Notes: generated by a model from the letters alone, not told the origin. 58,446 bases of DNA from Candidatus Zixiibacteriota bacterium (GCA_014730345.1 WJIJ01000086.1:1-58446), one strand, 5' to 3'; positions 47,479-57,264 are shown, counted from the stretch's first letter. A program made the numbers and translations.

Positions 47479-47714
47479 CACCCCATTCTTACTTATAAAT
47501 CTTCACCGAAAAGCGCAATAACTCCTCTAAAAGGATTTCATTAAAACTGTATAAAACCCTAATTAATCCGGATGATTATCCGATAATAGCAGATAAGTAA
47601 TAGCTGCAATGGGAAGAGTGTTGCATAGTAATAAGTTACGTCTGCGGGAATAATTATCCTGAGCGAAAAATTAAATACTATATAAACTAAATCCATTTTT
47701 CGGAGGATGCAATT

Positions 47715-49100
47715 ATGAGGAAAGGGTTGGTATTATTAATGGTGCTGTTAGTAAGCACCTGGTGGGTTTCAGCTTTCGCTGAAGAAAGCTACATGACCAT
47801 CGCGGAGTTGAAGGACAAGGTCGTCCGCCTTGAAAAGCAGTTGTCCAATTTGAATGCCGCTTATAACCGCGACATTCCCCGGCTCAGGGAAGCTTCGACT
47901 TCCAATACCAGTTCAAACAACACCGAGTTGACCCAACTGCGTCAGGATATGGACGCGCTTACTACTGAGATGATGCATTTGAGACAGAGTCTGACCCGGG
48001 AAACTACTCAAACGGGTTCCGACACCGAACGCCTGGCGAGTATCGAGCACAAGCTGGAAATGCTCCAGATGAGGTTGGATGCTTGGCGCCACCAGAGCGA
48101 AGAGTACGCCGATTTAACCGCTCCCAATGTAAGACCCCAGCAGATCGATAAATCCTCGATGTCAATCGAGGAGTTTGAGATTACCGGGTTCGTGGATGGT
48201 AGCTACGCGGTTGACGTACCAACCGGCGAAAACACCTTCGGATTCGATCAGGCGGAAGTAAATATTATCAAAACTATCGGCGAGGTCGGAGAAGTACGCG
48301 CTGATGTTGAGTGGGTCAGTGACGGCCAGGGTGATTTTGAACTCAGCGCTGAACAGGGTTACGTGGTCTTCAGCCCGACCTTCCTTAGCCCGGTCAATTT
48401 CACCTTCGGTAAATATAACGCTCCTATCGGCTTCGAGCTTTTAGACGCTCCCGATATGTACCAGTATTCCCACGCGCTGGTGTTTAATTACGGCTTGCCC
48501 ACTAATGTCAGCGGCGCCATGATTTCTGCTGAATTCGCCGAACATTTTGACGCAAGGCTTTATGTTTGTAACGGTTGGGACCAGAACGTCGATGTAAACA
48601 CCGGAAAAACCGTAGGCACCCGTTTCGGTTATTCCAATGAAAACGCGCTCAATATTACCACCGGGTTGTCGTTTCTGCACGGGGCCGAAACCGCCATCGA
48701 AGGCGACTTCACCACCGTCGTGGACTGGGATTTATCACTCAATCCTACCCAGTGGTGGACTCTCGGCGCTGAGGTTAACTACGGCAGGAGCGAAATCAGC
48801 GATACCAACCTGAACTGGTTCGGTTTTCTGCTTATGAACCATTGGGACTATAATAGTTGGGGCGGCATTACCGTAAGGTATGATTATTTCAATGATTCCG
48901 ACGCGTATCGTATCACAACCGGCGTAGCCCAGACCCGGCAGGCGGTTGCATTCGCTCCCACCTTTGCCCTCGGTAAGGGTATGGGCGCCTTATTTGAAAT
49001 CCGCGCCGATATCAGCGACAAGGAAGTATTCACCAATAGCGATGGTGAACCCTCCAAGTCCACTATTAACTTCGCCTACGAAATGACTTATACATTCTAA
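47715..49100 (+). CDS. Outer-membrane beta-barrel porin (OmpL-like/BBP2-type) with N-terminal coiled coil
   Basis: Signal peptide; ~120-aa heptad region; ITGFVDGSY, FGKYNAPIGFE, NGWD; terminal YEMTYTF; ggagg RBS. Confidence 0.82.
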   Translation: MRKGLVLLMVLLVSTWWVSAFAEESYMTIAELKDKVVRLEKQLSNLNAAYNRDIPRLREASTSNTSSNNTELTQLRQDMDALTTEMMHLRQSLTRETTQTGSDTERLASIEHKLEMLQMRLDAWRHQSEEYADLTAPNVRPQQIDKSSMSIEEFEITGFVDGSYAVDVPTGENTFGFDQAEVNIIKTIGEVGEVRADVEWVSDGQGDFELSAEQGYVVFSPTFLSPVNFTFGKYNAPIGFELLDAPDMYQYSHALVFNYGLPTNVSGAMISAEFAEHFDARLYVCNGWDQNVDVNTGKTVGTRFGYSNENALNITTGLSFLHGAETAIEGDFTTVVDWDLSLNPTQWWTLGAEVNYGRSEISDTNLNWFGFLLMNHWDYNSWGGITVRYDYFNDSDAYRITTGVAQTRQAVAFAPTFALGKGMGALFEIRADISDKEVFTNSDGEPSKSTINFAYEMTYTF

Positions 49101-49119
49101 AGCGAATGTGATTGTATTT

Positions 49120-49150
49120 AAAAGCGCGGGATAAGAACTCCCGCGCTTTT
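49120..49150. terminator. Bidirectional terminator
   Basis: aaaagcgcggga-taagaac-tcccgcgctttt, 12-bp perfect stem between convergent genes. Confidence 0.88.
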
Positions 49151-49174
49151 CTACTTTAAACCTGGAAAAGGAAG

Positions 49175-50446
49175 TTAAGTTAAACCGTGCGGGAATTCGA
49201 GCGGTTTGACCGGGATAGTTACGCTTCTCTTACCAGTATCATCCGGTGGATTGATGGTTAATTTTCCCGCGCTCTCACCCATGATGTAAATTTCGATTTT
49301 CTCCGGTTCGCCGGCATAGAAAGTGATTCCTTCATAATTCGGCGGCACATCTACAGGTCCGTTAGTGCCTTTTATATTAATGCGATAAGCGCCCTCTGAA
49401 ACTTTCTCGCTATCCCAAACTAAATACTTGTTGGTATAATGGTAATTGAGCATACGGGAAGTGGTGGTTATCCAGATTCTTTCGGATTCCTGCCGGGATT
49501 TTAGCTCGCGGAAACGTTTGCAGAGTTCAGTATCGAAAATTTGCCCATCCTCCCGTTCAAGCGGTTGACCGAAATGGGTGTAAATTATCATGGTTCCCCG
49601 GTTTCTTTCGAGTTTGTCGAGGACTTCAGTTGAGAGTTGTTTTTTCAGGATATCGCGGTTAGGCGGGAAATTAATATTGCCGTAACTGTAGCAGTAACGG
49701 GTAAATTCCATCAATAACTGTCTATCCCGAAGACGGCGCGGGCGCATCAACTCATTTCCGAAAACTTTGCGGATTTTATGTTTTCTACCGATAAGGTATT
49801 TTATCAGACTTTTAACCAGGTGCTCGGTCTTAAATTTAAAATAATCCATATCCCCGAGGTTTAAACTCCTGTCCTGTCCGACCACCGCGGTTAAATCGCA
49901 TCCCCAGTAAAAATAAATGCCAAGGTTTTCGATGGTAAGGTCGCTATGATATGCTTCACTTTCAGGGTCATCCCCATACGCCTCAATAAGCTGGCACAAC
50001 AGATTTTGCCGGTTATAATTATCGCCATGGTTTATATAGGTATCGAATTTAATGCCGTCTTTTGCCAGCCGGTCCAGTGCCGTTTCGGCGAGTTTTCGTT
50101 CGAAATATGCGGGGTCTGGAGGATTTTCCCATCTGGAAAAATTCCCGTAGGAATGGAAGCAGTCGATATATCCCGCTTCGATAAGCTCTTTGAGGATTGG
50201 GGCGTGCGGCGATTTCCCGGCAGATAAACCATTGAAATACGTTACTTCATAGGGGAGAAGCGAATAGCACCAGAACGTTTCCCCTATTTCCAGCCCGAGC
50301 CCCTCTCCCATCGGTGTGGATTGAGTTGAATTAAGATACTGCCTTATCGCAAGGAAATCATCGATTCTCAGATTATCGAGATCATTGGCAATGGTTAAGG
50401 CCGCCCTGTAACGGTATGGGAATTTCCTTAGACTTATCAGGTTCAT
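49175..50446 (-). CDS. Hypothetical protein in the polysaccharide operon, possibly deacetylase-like (beta/alpha) barrel
   Basis: 423-aa ORF translationally coupled to wzx (ATGA); IANDLD, CFHSYG, YINHG, IYTHFG suggest metal-binding Asp/His residues. Confidence 0.6.
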   Translation of the reverse strand: MNLISLRKFPYRYRAALTIANDLDNLRIDDFLAIRQYLNSTQSTPMGEGLGLEIGETFWCYSLLPYEVTYFNGLSAGKSPHAPILKELIEAGYIDCFHSYGNFSRWENPPDPAYFERKLAETALDRLAKDGIKFDTYINHGDNYNRQNLLCQLIEAYGDDPESEAYHSDLTIENLGIYFYWGCDLTAVVGQDRSLNLGDMDYFKFKTEHLVKSLIKYLIGRKHKIRKVFGNELMRPRRLRDRQLLMEFTRYCYSYGNINFPPNRDILKKQLSTEVLDKLERNRGTMIIYTHFGQPLEREDGQIFDTELCKRFRELKSRQESERIWITTTSRMLNYHYTNKYLVWDSEKVSEGAYRINIKGTNGPVDVPPNYEGITFYAGEPEKIEIYIMGESAGKLTINPPDDTGKRSVTIPVKPLEFPHGLT

Positions 50447-51894
50447 TTGTCCTTTCCGGCGGTTTCAATTCCTACCAAACCCTTTATGATAGCTGTTTCC
50501 CGGCTGTCGAAAGTTCTGGTCGCGAAAAGAGCGGCAATGTAGATCACTCCTCCGGTTAATAGAGAGATAACAACCCCCACATAACTATTAATGTAATTAA
50601 TCGAGATTGCCATCAACGACGCCGCTATCAACGGTTTTATCAGCGCGCTTACTGCACGCGAAGATAGTCTAACGTTGATATGCAGTTTCACGAAATAGAC
50701 GATTAACTTCAATAGTTCCGCCGCGGCAATTGACAGCGCCGCTCCTATGTAAGAATAGATGGGGATTAAGATTAAATTCAGCACTATGATTAATATGACT
50801 CCGAACGTGTTTATCAACAATATGAATTTTTCCCTGCCCATGGCAATGAAAGAATGAGCCAGGATTGCATTATTGAACGAGAAGGTAAGGGATATACCCA
50901 GGAACATCAAAGGGATTCCGCTCTCCCGAAAACTCTCTCCAAAAATCAACACGCAGATTTGTTCAGGAAGCATTATAAATGCGACGGTAATCGGAAATCC
51001 AATGAGCGTCATAAATTTCAGTGCGTATCGGATCGTATTAGAGAATTCTTCGCCTGTGCCGCTTTCGGCGTAGTACCGGGTAATCGCCGGCAGGAAAGCG
51101 GATGTCAATGCCGCCGGGAAAAACATCAGCGTCTGTGGGAGTTTATTGGCCATTGAAAAAATGCCGGTATGATAATCCCCCATTATCAGGTTCAACATCA
51201 GGGTTCCGACATGATATGTTAACATAGAGACCATCGATAACAACATAAATGGCAATGCGATTGTGAGCATATTTGCGGAGCGGCTTACCTTGAAGGAAAA
51301 TGGACGTTTAATAAATACCTTTTTAACAATAAGGTAACCAATGATAAATATGATCAAGGCTGATAAAACCTGTGATAAGGAGAAACCTATCAAGCGCCAA
51401 CCAGTTATCAACACGAACAATCCGCCGGCGAAATTCAGTATCCTTAATGATATTCTTATATAAGCTTCGTATTCAGCTTTCTGGAATGCGCGGATAAATG
51501 AAGATAGCCAGCTTATGTAGGAGTAGACAAAAACGGTAGCCGATGCAATTATAACTACAATGCTTTTTAAACGCGTATAATCGAGGTTTAGTACCAGTAA
51601 TACCAGCAAGCCAATCAGGAAGAGAGTTATTACTGTTTTTAGAATAAAGGTTCGATTGAAATAATCTCCGGCGATATGGATATCCCGGCTGACATCCCGC
51701 ATGATCAACTTATCGAATCCGAAATTAATCACCTGGGCGCCGATCATGCCGATGGTTAATCCAAAACTGTAGATACCTATGTTGACGGGACCGAGATAAC
51801 GCCCTGCAACGATAAATACCGCGGCGCCGATGATACTTGCTGAGAGTTCGGTGAGAGTATAGATCCAGGAATTACGTACTATTGGAGGGAGCAT
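50443..51894 (-). CDS. wzx: Wzx polysaccharide flippase
   Basis: About 12-14 TM segments; GRYLGPVNIGIYSF, GIFSMANK, LILIPIYSYIGAA. Confidence 0.9.
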   Translation of the reverse strand: MLPPIVRNSWIYTLTELSASIIGAAVFIVAGRYLGPVNIGIYSFGLTIGMIGAQVINFGFDKLIMRDVSRDIHIAGDYFNRTFILKTVITLFLIGLLVLLVLNLDYTRLKSIVVIIASATVFVYSYISWLSSFIRAFQKAEYEAYIRISLRILNFAGGLFVLITGWRLIGFSLSQVLSALIIFIIGYLIVKKVFIKRPFSFKVSRSANMLTIALPFMLLSMVSMLTYHVGTLMLNLIMGDYHTGIFSMANKLPQTLMFFPAALTSAFLPAITRYYAESGTGEEFSNTIRYALKFMTLIGFPITVAFIMLPEQICVLIFGESFRESGIPLMFLGISLTFSFNNAILAHSFIAMGREKFILLINTFGVILIIVLNLILIPIYSYIGAALSIAAAELLKLIVYFVKLHINVRLSSRAVSALIKPLIAASLMAISINYINSYVGVVISLLTGGVIYIAALFATRTFDSRETAIIKGLVGIETAGKDK

Positions 51895-53410
51895 CTAAAA
51901 CGTTTTCCGGAGATATTTTTTCGAAATTCAGATGTATGGCATAGATAATACCCACGGGTATCCACAGGTACCATTGTTGAAATAAAGGAAAAATGGTATA
52001 TGTCAGCGCGATGATATTACTTAAAATTCCGGCGCTGAACCCAATCATTACATAATTCAGCGGGGGGGCATACCTGTTCATATACCTGAATCCGACATAC
52101 AATATGGATGAAAAGAATACTATAATCAATAATAATGCCGGGATGCCGTTTTCAGCACAATAATAAAGAAAAGTATTGTGTACTGTTCTGGAGCGTCTTA
52201 CAGGAAGTTGTTCGAGGGTATCATCATATTCCCTGAGCTTTAAAACATAATTCATCGGCCCTACGCCCAAAAAAGGCTTATCGATAATATAGTTCAGCGC
52301 GGCTTTGAATTGAGGAATCCTGCTGTAAGTGGGGCTCGTGTACGAAAAACTTGTGTTATATATCCTCCTTGAGAAAGGATTATCGGTTAGCAATATTGGA
52401 GGCGTAATAATAAAAAATAAAAGGGTGGAAATTAAAAGCGTTTTTAGAAGAACACGTTTATGGTAGGCGATGATAACAAAGCCGATTGCGAAACTTATGC
52501 CCAGGCCGACCCATCCTGAACGCGAAAGCGTATAGAGCACCGCTAATAGGCATAAAAAGGATATACCGAGTAGAACAGTCCGTTGATATAGTTTCATTTT
52601 ATGAAAGATACCGATGTACAGAAATACAGGTATAAAAGTATTTAAAAGTTTCGCGAGCTGGTTGGGATGACGAAAAGCGCCCTCAACGCGTCCTCCCTCC
52701 CATCCGGCGCCGGTAACACCGAAAGCTGTGATTTGCTTGGGGCTGATGACCGGAATATTAATGGTTCTTCCCAGTAATTTTTGACCCACTCCTAACAGCG
52801 ACTGAAGAGAGCATCCTATTCCAGCCCCGATTAATAACGCGTAGACATGGTTTTTGTCTCGTATATTGTTAATTAAATACCACAATATTAATAATACCTG
52901 GAGATATTGGATTTCAGCGATAAACGCGTTATTGACTAAAAAAGACTCGGTCCTGATAATTGAAATACTGGTCCATACAGTAAACAGAAAAAAAGATACA
53001 ATAGGCAAATTAAAGAGATGTCTGCGGGAGATCTGCCGAGAAACGCCTGACAGCGATTCTTTCAGCCATATAAGATAAAGAAGCGCCAGCGTTATATCCC
53101 GCAGGTCGAGGGAATATCCGCTCATCACAGTTTGGAACCTGATGATATCATCGTCTCGATAAATCCTCGCGTTAATAAATATCAGGGTGGAGAGAGTAAA
53201 CAGGGTTAAGAGCACGTACTTGGGATTTTTAATCTGGGAAAGGGTAATGAAAAAAACAATACTCAGAAAAATGCCCATAATCCATTTCAGGGGGAATGCT
53301 GATAATTTCGAGATAACAAATGTGCTGAAAAGTACTATTACAATAAATGTTAGAATCTGGGCGGGGTCATATTTATATCGAAGGGACGCGCTATTCTTTT
53401 GATTAAACAT
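51872..53410 (-). CDS. O-antigen ligase/Wzy polymerase family membrane protein
   Basis: Polytopic; RVEGAFRHPN, TLSRSGW, R...FKAA...I..KPFLGVG, HNTFL...AENGI. Confidence 0.88.
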   Translation of the reverse strand: MFNQKNSASLRYKYDPAQILTFIVIVLFSTFVISKLSAFPLKWIMGIFLSIVFFITLSQIKNPKYVLLTLFTLSTLIFINARIYRDDDIIRFQTVMSGYSLDLRDITLALLYLIWLKESLSGVSRQISRRHLFNLPIVSFFLFTVWTSISIIRTESFLVNNAFIAEIQYLQVLLILWYLINNIRDKNHVYALLIGAGIGCSLQSLLGVGQKLLGRTINIPVISPKQITAFGVTGAGWEGGRVEGAFRHPNQLAKLLNTFIPVFLYIGIFHKMKLYQRTVLLGISFLCLLAVLYTLSRSGWVGLGISFAIGFVIIAYHKRVLLKTLLISTLLFFIITPPILLTDNPFSRRIYNTSFSYTSPTYSRIPQFKAALNYIIDKPFLGVGPMNYVLKLREYDDTLEQLPVRRSRTVHNTFLYYCAENGIPALLLIIVFFSSILYVGFRYMNRYAPPLNYVMIGFSAGILSNIIALTYTIFPLFQQWYLWIPVGIIYAIHLNFEKISPENVLDAPSNST

Positions 53411-53444
53411 ATTAACATTTATTCATTTTATGGAATTCTAATCG

Positions 53445-54956
53445 CTACACTTCTTTTATAGAACCAAGCGTTTTCAATCCCAGATAATGTTCCGAATCTT
53501 CCGGATTATTTATGGAATGGTCAAAGAACTCAAGTCCCAAAACCGTACCCAGGCCGATTAACGGAGCAATCAAAATAGCGATTATCAGGTTTAACCTGAT
53601 GTTTGGCGAAGATGACTTCGACGGAACATTGGCGTACTCGATTACCTTAACCATTCTCGATCTGCTGTCGCTGGCTTCCTCCACTAAAGCTTCTTCATAC
53701 TTCTCTTTGAGGTTTTTAAGCAGTTCCTTCTCCCTCTTCAAATTCTCTTCCATAGATTTATAAGTAATCTCCTTTTTGGGGAGTCCCGACATGGTAGCCC
53801 TGAGTTCCGCTATTGTAGACTCCAGCGCGTTTTCTTCAGCTATTAGTTTTTCCAAAGAAGCCGATTCCAACTCTATCCTTTTGAGAACCTGTCCACGTAT
53901 CTGCTTTTGATAATCATCTATTTGAGTTTCAGTTTCGATAACCAGGCGATTCTCATCGGTATATTTTTGCTTGAGGTCCGCGAGTTTCAATTCGAGCTGG
54001 ACCAACTCCCTGTTTAATTGCGAAATGAGGGGATCCTGGGCCAACTCCTTCGATGGAATCATCTGGTCAGGATTTTCTCGCATATAGTTTTTTATCCGCT
54101 CCAGCTTGTTCTGCTGACTGATTATTTCTTTTCTTACCTCGGTAAGGGCGTTGGTGTAGCTGTTAATGGTGAACAACATGCTCTTCTCTTGCTCATCGTA
54201 TGATAATAACTCTTCACTGCTCCTGAACCTCGAAAACTGCTCCTCCAGCACTTCAAGTTTTTGGGTCAATGTGTTGATCTGTTCAGCGTAAAACTCGCTT
54301 TTCCCTATGTTAATGTTTACTTCGAGGTGACGGTTCAAATATTCGTCGGTAACCGCGTTTACTATCTTGGCCGCCATCTGGGGATCATAGTCCTGGTATG
54401 AAATCGTGAATACCCTCGAATATGGAACAGGCTTGCATTTTATCTTCCCCTGAAGGCCGTTAACAGCCTTACGGAATTTCACCGCCTCGCCGCCGCCTCC
54501 TCCTGAATCTTCCAATTCGCCCTGTGAATCTTCATCCCCGCCTATCCATCCTCTTATAAGACCCGGGAGCGATAACAACTGTCTAAAAGGCCATCTGATA
54601 TAATATTTTATATAGTCCCTTATGGTTTTGTCTTCTTTAGTCCTGCTTTGTAGTTGGAAGAGGGAGACCACCTTCTCCATCACCGGCCAACTTGTAACAA
54701 TTGCTATTTCCGTGTTGATTCGTTCCTGCCCGAAAGGCATCGCGTCAGCTATAATCTCCCGCTGGTTGTCGAACAAATTTTCATTGTAGATAGTTGAACG
54801 GACATAAATCTGGGTAGATGCGCCATACATCGGAGTTTTCAGCATGGAAAAAATCAGGGTCAGTACTATAATTCCCAGCGTTATTCCTATTAGTGCCGAT
54901 TTATGCTTGAATACTATGTAAAGATAATCTCGTAATGTGTTTCTAAATGGATTCAT
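53445..54956 (-). CDS. Polysaccharide co-polymerase (GumC/Wzc-like, no fused kinase)
   Basis: TM1, P.Y.AST, long coiled coil, VIEYANVP...SSP motif, TM2, ends DHSINNPEDSEHYLGLKTLGSI. Confidence 0.9.
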   Translation of the reverse strand: MNPFRNTLRDYLYIVFKHKSALIGITLGIIVLTLIFSMLKTPMYGASTQIYVRSTIYNENLFDNQREIIADAMPFGQERINTEIAIVTSWPVMEKVVSLFQLQSRTKEDKTIRDYIKYYIRWPFRQLLSLPGLIRGWIGGDEDSQGELEDSGGGGGEAVKFRKAVNGLQGKIKCKPVPYSRVFTISYQDYDPQMAAKIVNAVTDEYLNRHLEVNINIGKSEFYAEQINTLTQKLEVLEEQFSRFRSSEELLSYDEQEKSMLFTINSYTNALTEVRKEIISQQNKLERIKNYMRENPDQMIPSKELAQDPLISQLNRELVQLELKLADLKQKYTDENRLVIETETQIDDYQKQIRGQVLKRIELESASLEKLIAEENALESTIAELRATMSGLPKKEITYKSMEENLKREKELLKNLKEKYEEALVEEASDSRSRMVKVIEYANVPSKSSSPNIRLNLIIAILIAPLIGLGTVLGLEFFDHSINNPEDSEHYLGLKTLGSIKEV

Positions 54957-54980
54957 GTCATTTATGAATTAAATTTTATG

Positions 54981-55664
54981 TTACAATCTTCTGTATACAT
55001 TGTCCGGGATTACATACTCCCGCCTGTTTAAAACGGTACCGAGTATATGCGCTCCCGATTGCTCCAATTGCCTCTGGGTCTCCTGGATTATCTCACGCCG
55101 CGTTCTGTGGGCGGCTATCACAATTATTGTACCGTCCACTACCGACGAGTACGTAACCGCGTCCGGGAACGCGGTTACCGCGGGACTGTCGATTATTACC
55201 CATTCGTAACCCGTGCCAATATCATCCAGCACCGGTTTTATAACCGCTTTATTCAGTACCCGGTTTAAATTAACCTGGAATCCGCCGGCGGGAATGAATG
55301 ATAAATTCTTTATCCCCGTGTTGTATATCGCTTCATTGGCCTGAGCGTTGCCGAAAAGCAGATCCGAAAAGCCGGTCTTGTTTTCCATTCCGAAAACTTT
55401 GTGAAGCCCCGGGTGCCGGAGATTGCCATCGATTAAAAGTATCCGGGAATCATTGTTCTCAGCTGTCGCCGCCGCCAGGTTCATTGCCCAGGTCGATGTG
55501 CCTTCAAAGCGTATCGAACTGGTTAAACATATTGAACGTATAGTGCGCTCGCCTTCCTGGTTGCGGATCTTGAGCTGTATCGATGAGAATATCTTCCTGT
55601 GATCTTCATCTCGGTACAGAATCAATGGCTCATTATAATCTATTTCATCGGTGATGCCCGGCAT
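54981..55664 (-). CDS. CpsD/CapB-family BY-kinase-like protein with degenerate Walker A
   Basis: TSS...EGTST (Lys replaced by Thr), LLIDGNLRHP, IIDSPAV, GTVLN. Confidence 0.88.
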   Translation of the reverse strand: MPGITDEIDYNEPLILYRDEDHRKIFSSIQLKIRNQEGERTIRSICLTSSIRFEGTSTWAMNLAAATAENNDSRILLIDGNLRHPGLHKVFGMENKTGFSDLLFGNAQANEAIYNTGIKNLSFIPAGGFQVNLNRVLNKAVIKPVLDDIGTGYEWVIIDSPAVTAFPDAVTYSSVVDGTIIVIAAHRTRREIIQETQRQLEQSGAHILGTVLNRREYVIPDNVYRRL

Positions 55665-55692
55665 CTTATATAACCTCTTTACGTCTGTAAGT

Positions 55693-56460
55693 TTAATCCC
55701 TGAACCGCATATAATAATCGTACCTGTCCTCGATTCTATACGCGTTGTACCCCTGAATATAAGAGTTAAATAACGGCGGGAATATATTAGTAAAGAACTG
55801 ATTTATAAATATGTTCAGCTTCCCGATAAATGTCTTCGGTACATAAACTATGTCATATCCCGATAAAACAATATTTTCGCTCAAATTCTTCCTGTCCAGC
55901 ACCCGTGACAGGTTTATCCTCTGCGCCGTCGGCCTGTCTAATCCATTGGAGTGAAAAACGATTACTGAGGACTGCTCGGCTATCAGGTTAAATCCTCCGG
56001 CCGATGCTATCGCCTGCAACGCCGTCAACCGGCCGTTCATCTCAATCGGACCCGGGCTTCTAACCTCCCCGAATACATACACGACCTCCCGCGCCGATTC
56101 ACGTACCTGAACAGTTATATCCGGATTTTTTAAAATCTCCGAGTATTTTTCGGTTACAATACTATCCACCTGGGTCGGCGTTAATCCAACTACCACGAAA
56201 TCGCCTAACCGCGGAAGAGTAATCCTGCCATCGGAACGCACCAGCAATTCCTCGTTCAACTCCGGGTCATAGAAAAACTTGATACCCAATACATCCCCAA
56301 AACCTATACGGTATTCCGGAAGAGCAGGGGTTACCCCGGGAACATAAATCGGTTTGGGATTTTTGGGCAGTCTAACGCCCTTCGATGGTTTGCCGCCACA
56401 CCCGATGTTTAAAAATATTGCTAATGAAATCAGAATCAGAGATAAAATTTTCCTGTACAT
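55693..56460 (-). CDS. wza: Polysaccharide export lipoprotein (OPX/Wza family)
   Basis: Lipobox NIG-C; YRIGFGDVL, VRSDGRITLP..G....GLT, VYVFGEVRSPG, GYDIVYVP. Confidence 0.9.
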   Translation of the reverse strand: MYRKILSLILISLAIFLNIGCGGKPSKGVRLPKNPKPIYVPGVTPALPEYRIGFGDVLGIKFFYDPELNEELLVRSDGRITLPRLGDFVVVGLTPTQVDSIVTEKYSEILKNPDITVQVRESAREVVYVFGEVRSPGPIEMNGRLTALQAIASAGGFNLIAEQSSVIVFHSNGLDRPTAQRINLSRVLDRKNLSENIVLSGYDIVYVPKTFIGKLNIFINQFFTNIFPPLFNSYIQGYNAYRIEDRYDYYMRFRD

Positions 56461-56809
56461 ACCCGTAGGTCTTTATCTTTAAGCTTATTATTCAGTCCTA
56501 ATTTTACAATCGGTGAATTTCCCTTAGAGTTTACTTTTTCGTAAATAATTGGCTCTCCTTATTTTGAAAAGAAAATAGATAAGGAAATCACCGGCCACTG
56601 TCAATACTTTTATACTGCTTTGATTCCATATTGTTTTAACGCTAAAACCATTAAAAATCCAAATCTAACCTTCAATTGGCGCGAATGATTATCTAAAAGC
56701 CAAATATTATGGGGCTTTCCCGCCAATCCCCTTGATTCCTGCACTCAATTAATTCCTGAATTATTGAAAATTACGGGGCAAAAAAAATTATATTGATCAG
56801 CAGTAATCC

Positions 56810-57187
56810 TCACCTTTCCGCCATCACTTCGATCTCAATCAGCACATCCTTGGGCAAACGGCTAACTTCTACTGTCGAGCGCACCGGCTTATGACCGTCC
56901 ATGAATCCGGCGTAAACTTCGTTCATCTTCTCGAAGTCAGCCAGGTCGCTCAAGAAAATAGTTACCTTTACAATTTTATCTTTCGAACTGCCGCCGGCCT
57001 TGAGTATTTCTTCTATATTATTCAACGCCTGTTTCGTCTGTTCTTCGATTCCCCCGGAAATTACATTGCCGTCGGCATCCATTGGAATCTGGCCGCATGT
57101 ATAGAGAAGTTTGCCATCGAGAAAAATCACTCCCTGTGAATAGGGCGCTATAGCCTTGGGCGCCTTGCCGGTATGTAATAAATCCAT
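56810..57187 (-). CDS. ridA: RidA/YjgF/UK114 reactive intermediate deaminase
   Basis: APKAIAPYSQG, GQIP, KVTIFL..L.DF..MNEVY, P.RSTVEVSRLP...LIEIE. Confidence 0.93.
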   Translation of the reverse strand: MDLLHTGKAPKAIAPYSQGVIFLDGKLLYTCGQIPMDADGNVISGGIEEQTKQALNNIEEILKAGGSSKDKIVKVTIFLSDLADFEKMNEVYAGFMDGHKPVRSTVEVSRLPKDVLIEIEVMAER

Positions 57188-57264
57188 AATTCTCCTTTCT
57201 TTCCAGTCTGATAGAAATACATTAACACTGAAACGATGGCAACAGATTTGTTGTTAAAATTGTA

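Noticed and set aside
47560-47586. sigma28-like promoter TAAT-N15-TCCGATAA before the porin, and a weaker TTAA-N15-GACGATTG upstream of the MCP
   Set aside because: Both deviate from TAAA-N15-GCCGATAA in AT-rich DNA, and no sigma28 gene is visible to support them.
17521-50446. Genome-wide TGA reassignment (code 4 or 25) as the cause of the read-through
   Set aside because: TGA acts as a normal stop in several ATGA-type overlaps (17524, 20216, 42068, 50443), and Trp is encoded by TGG throughout.
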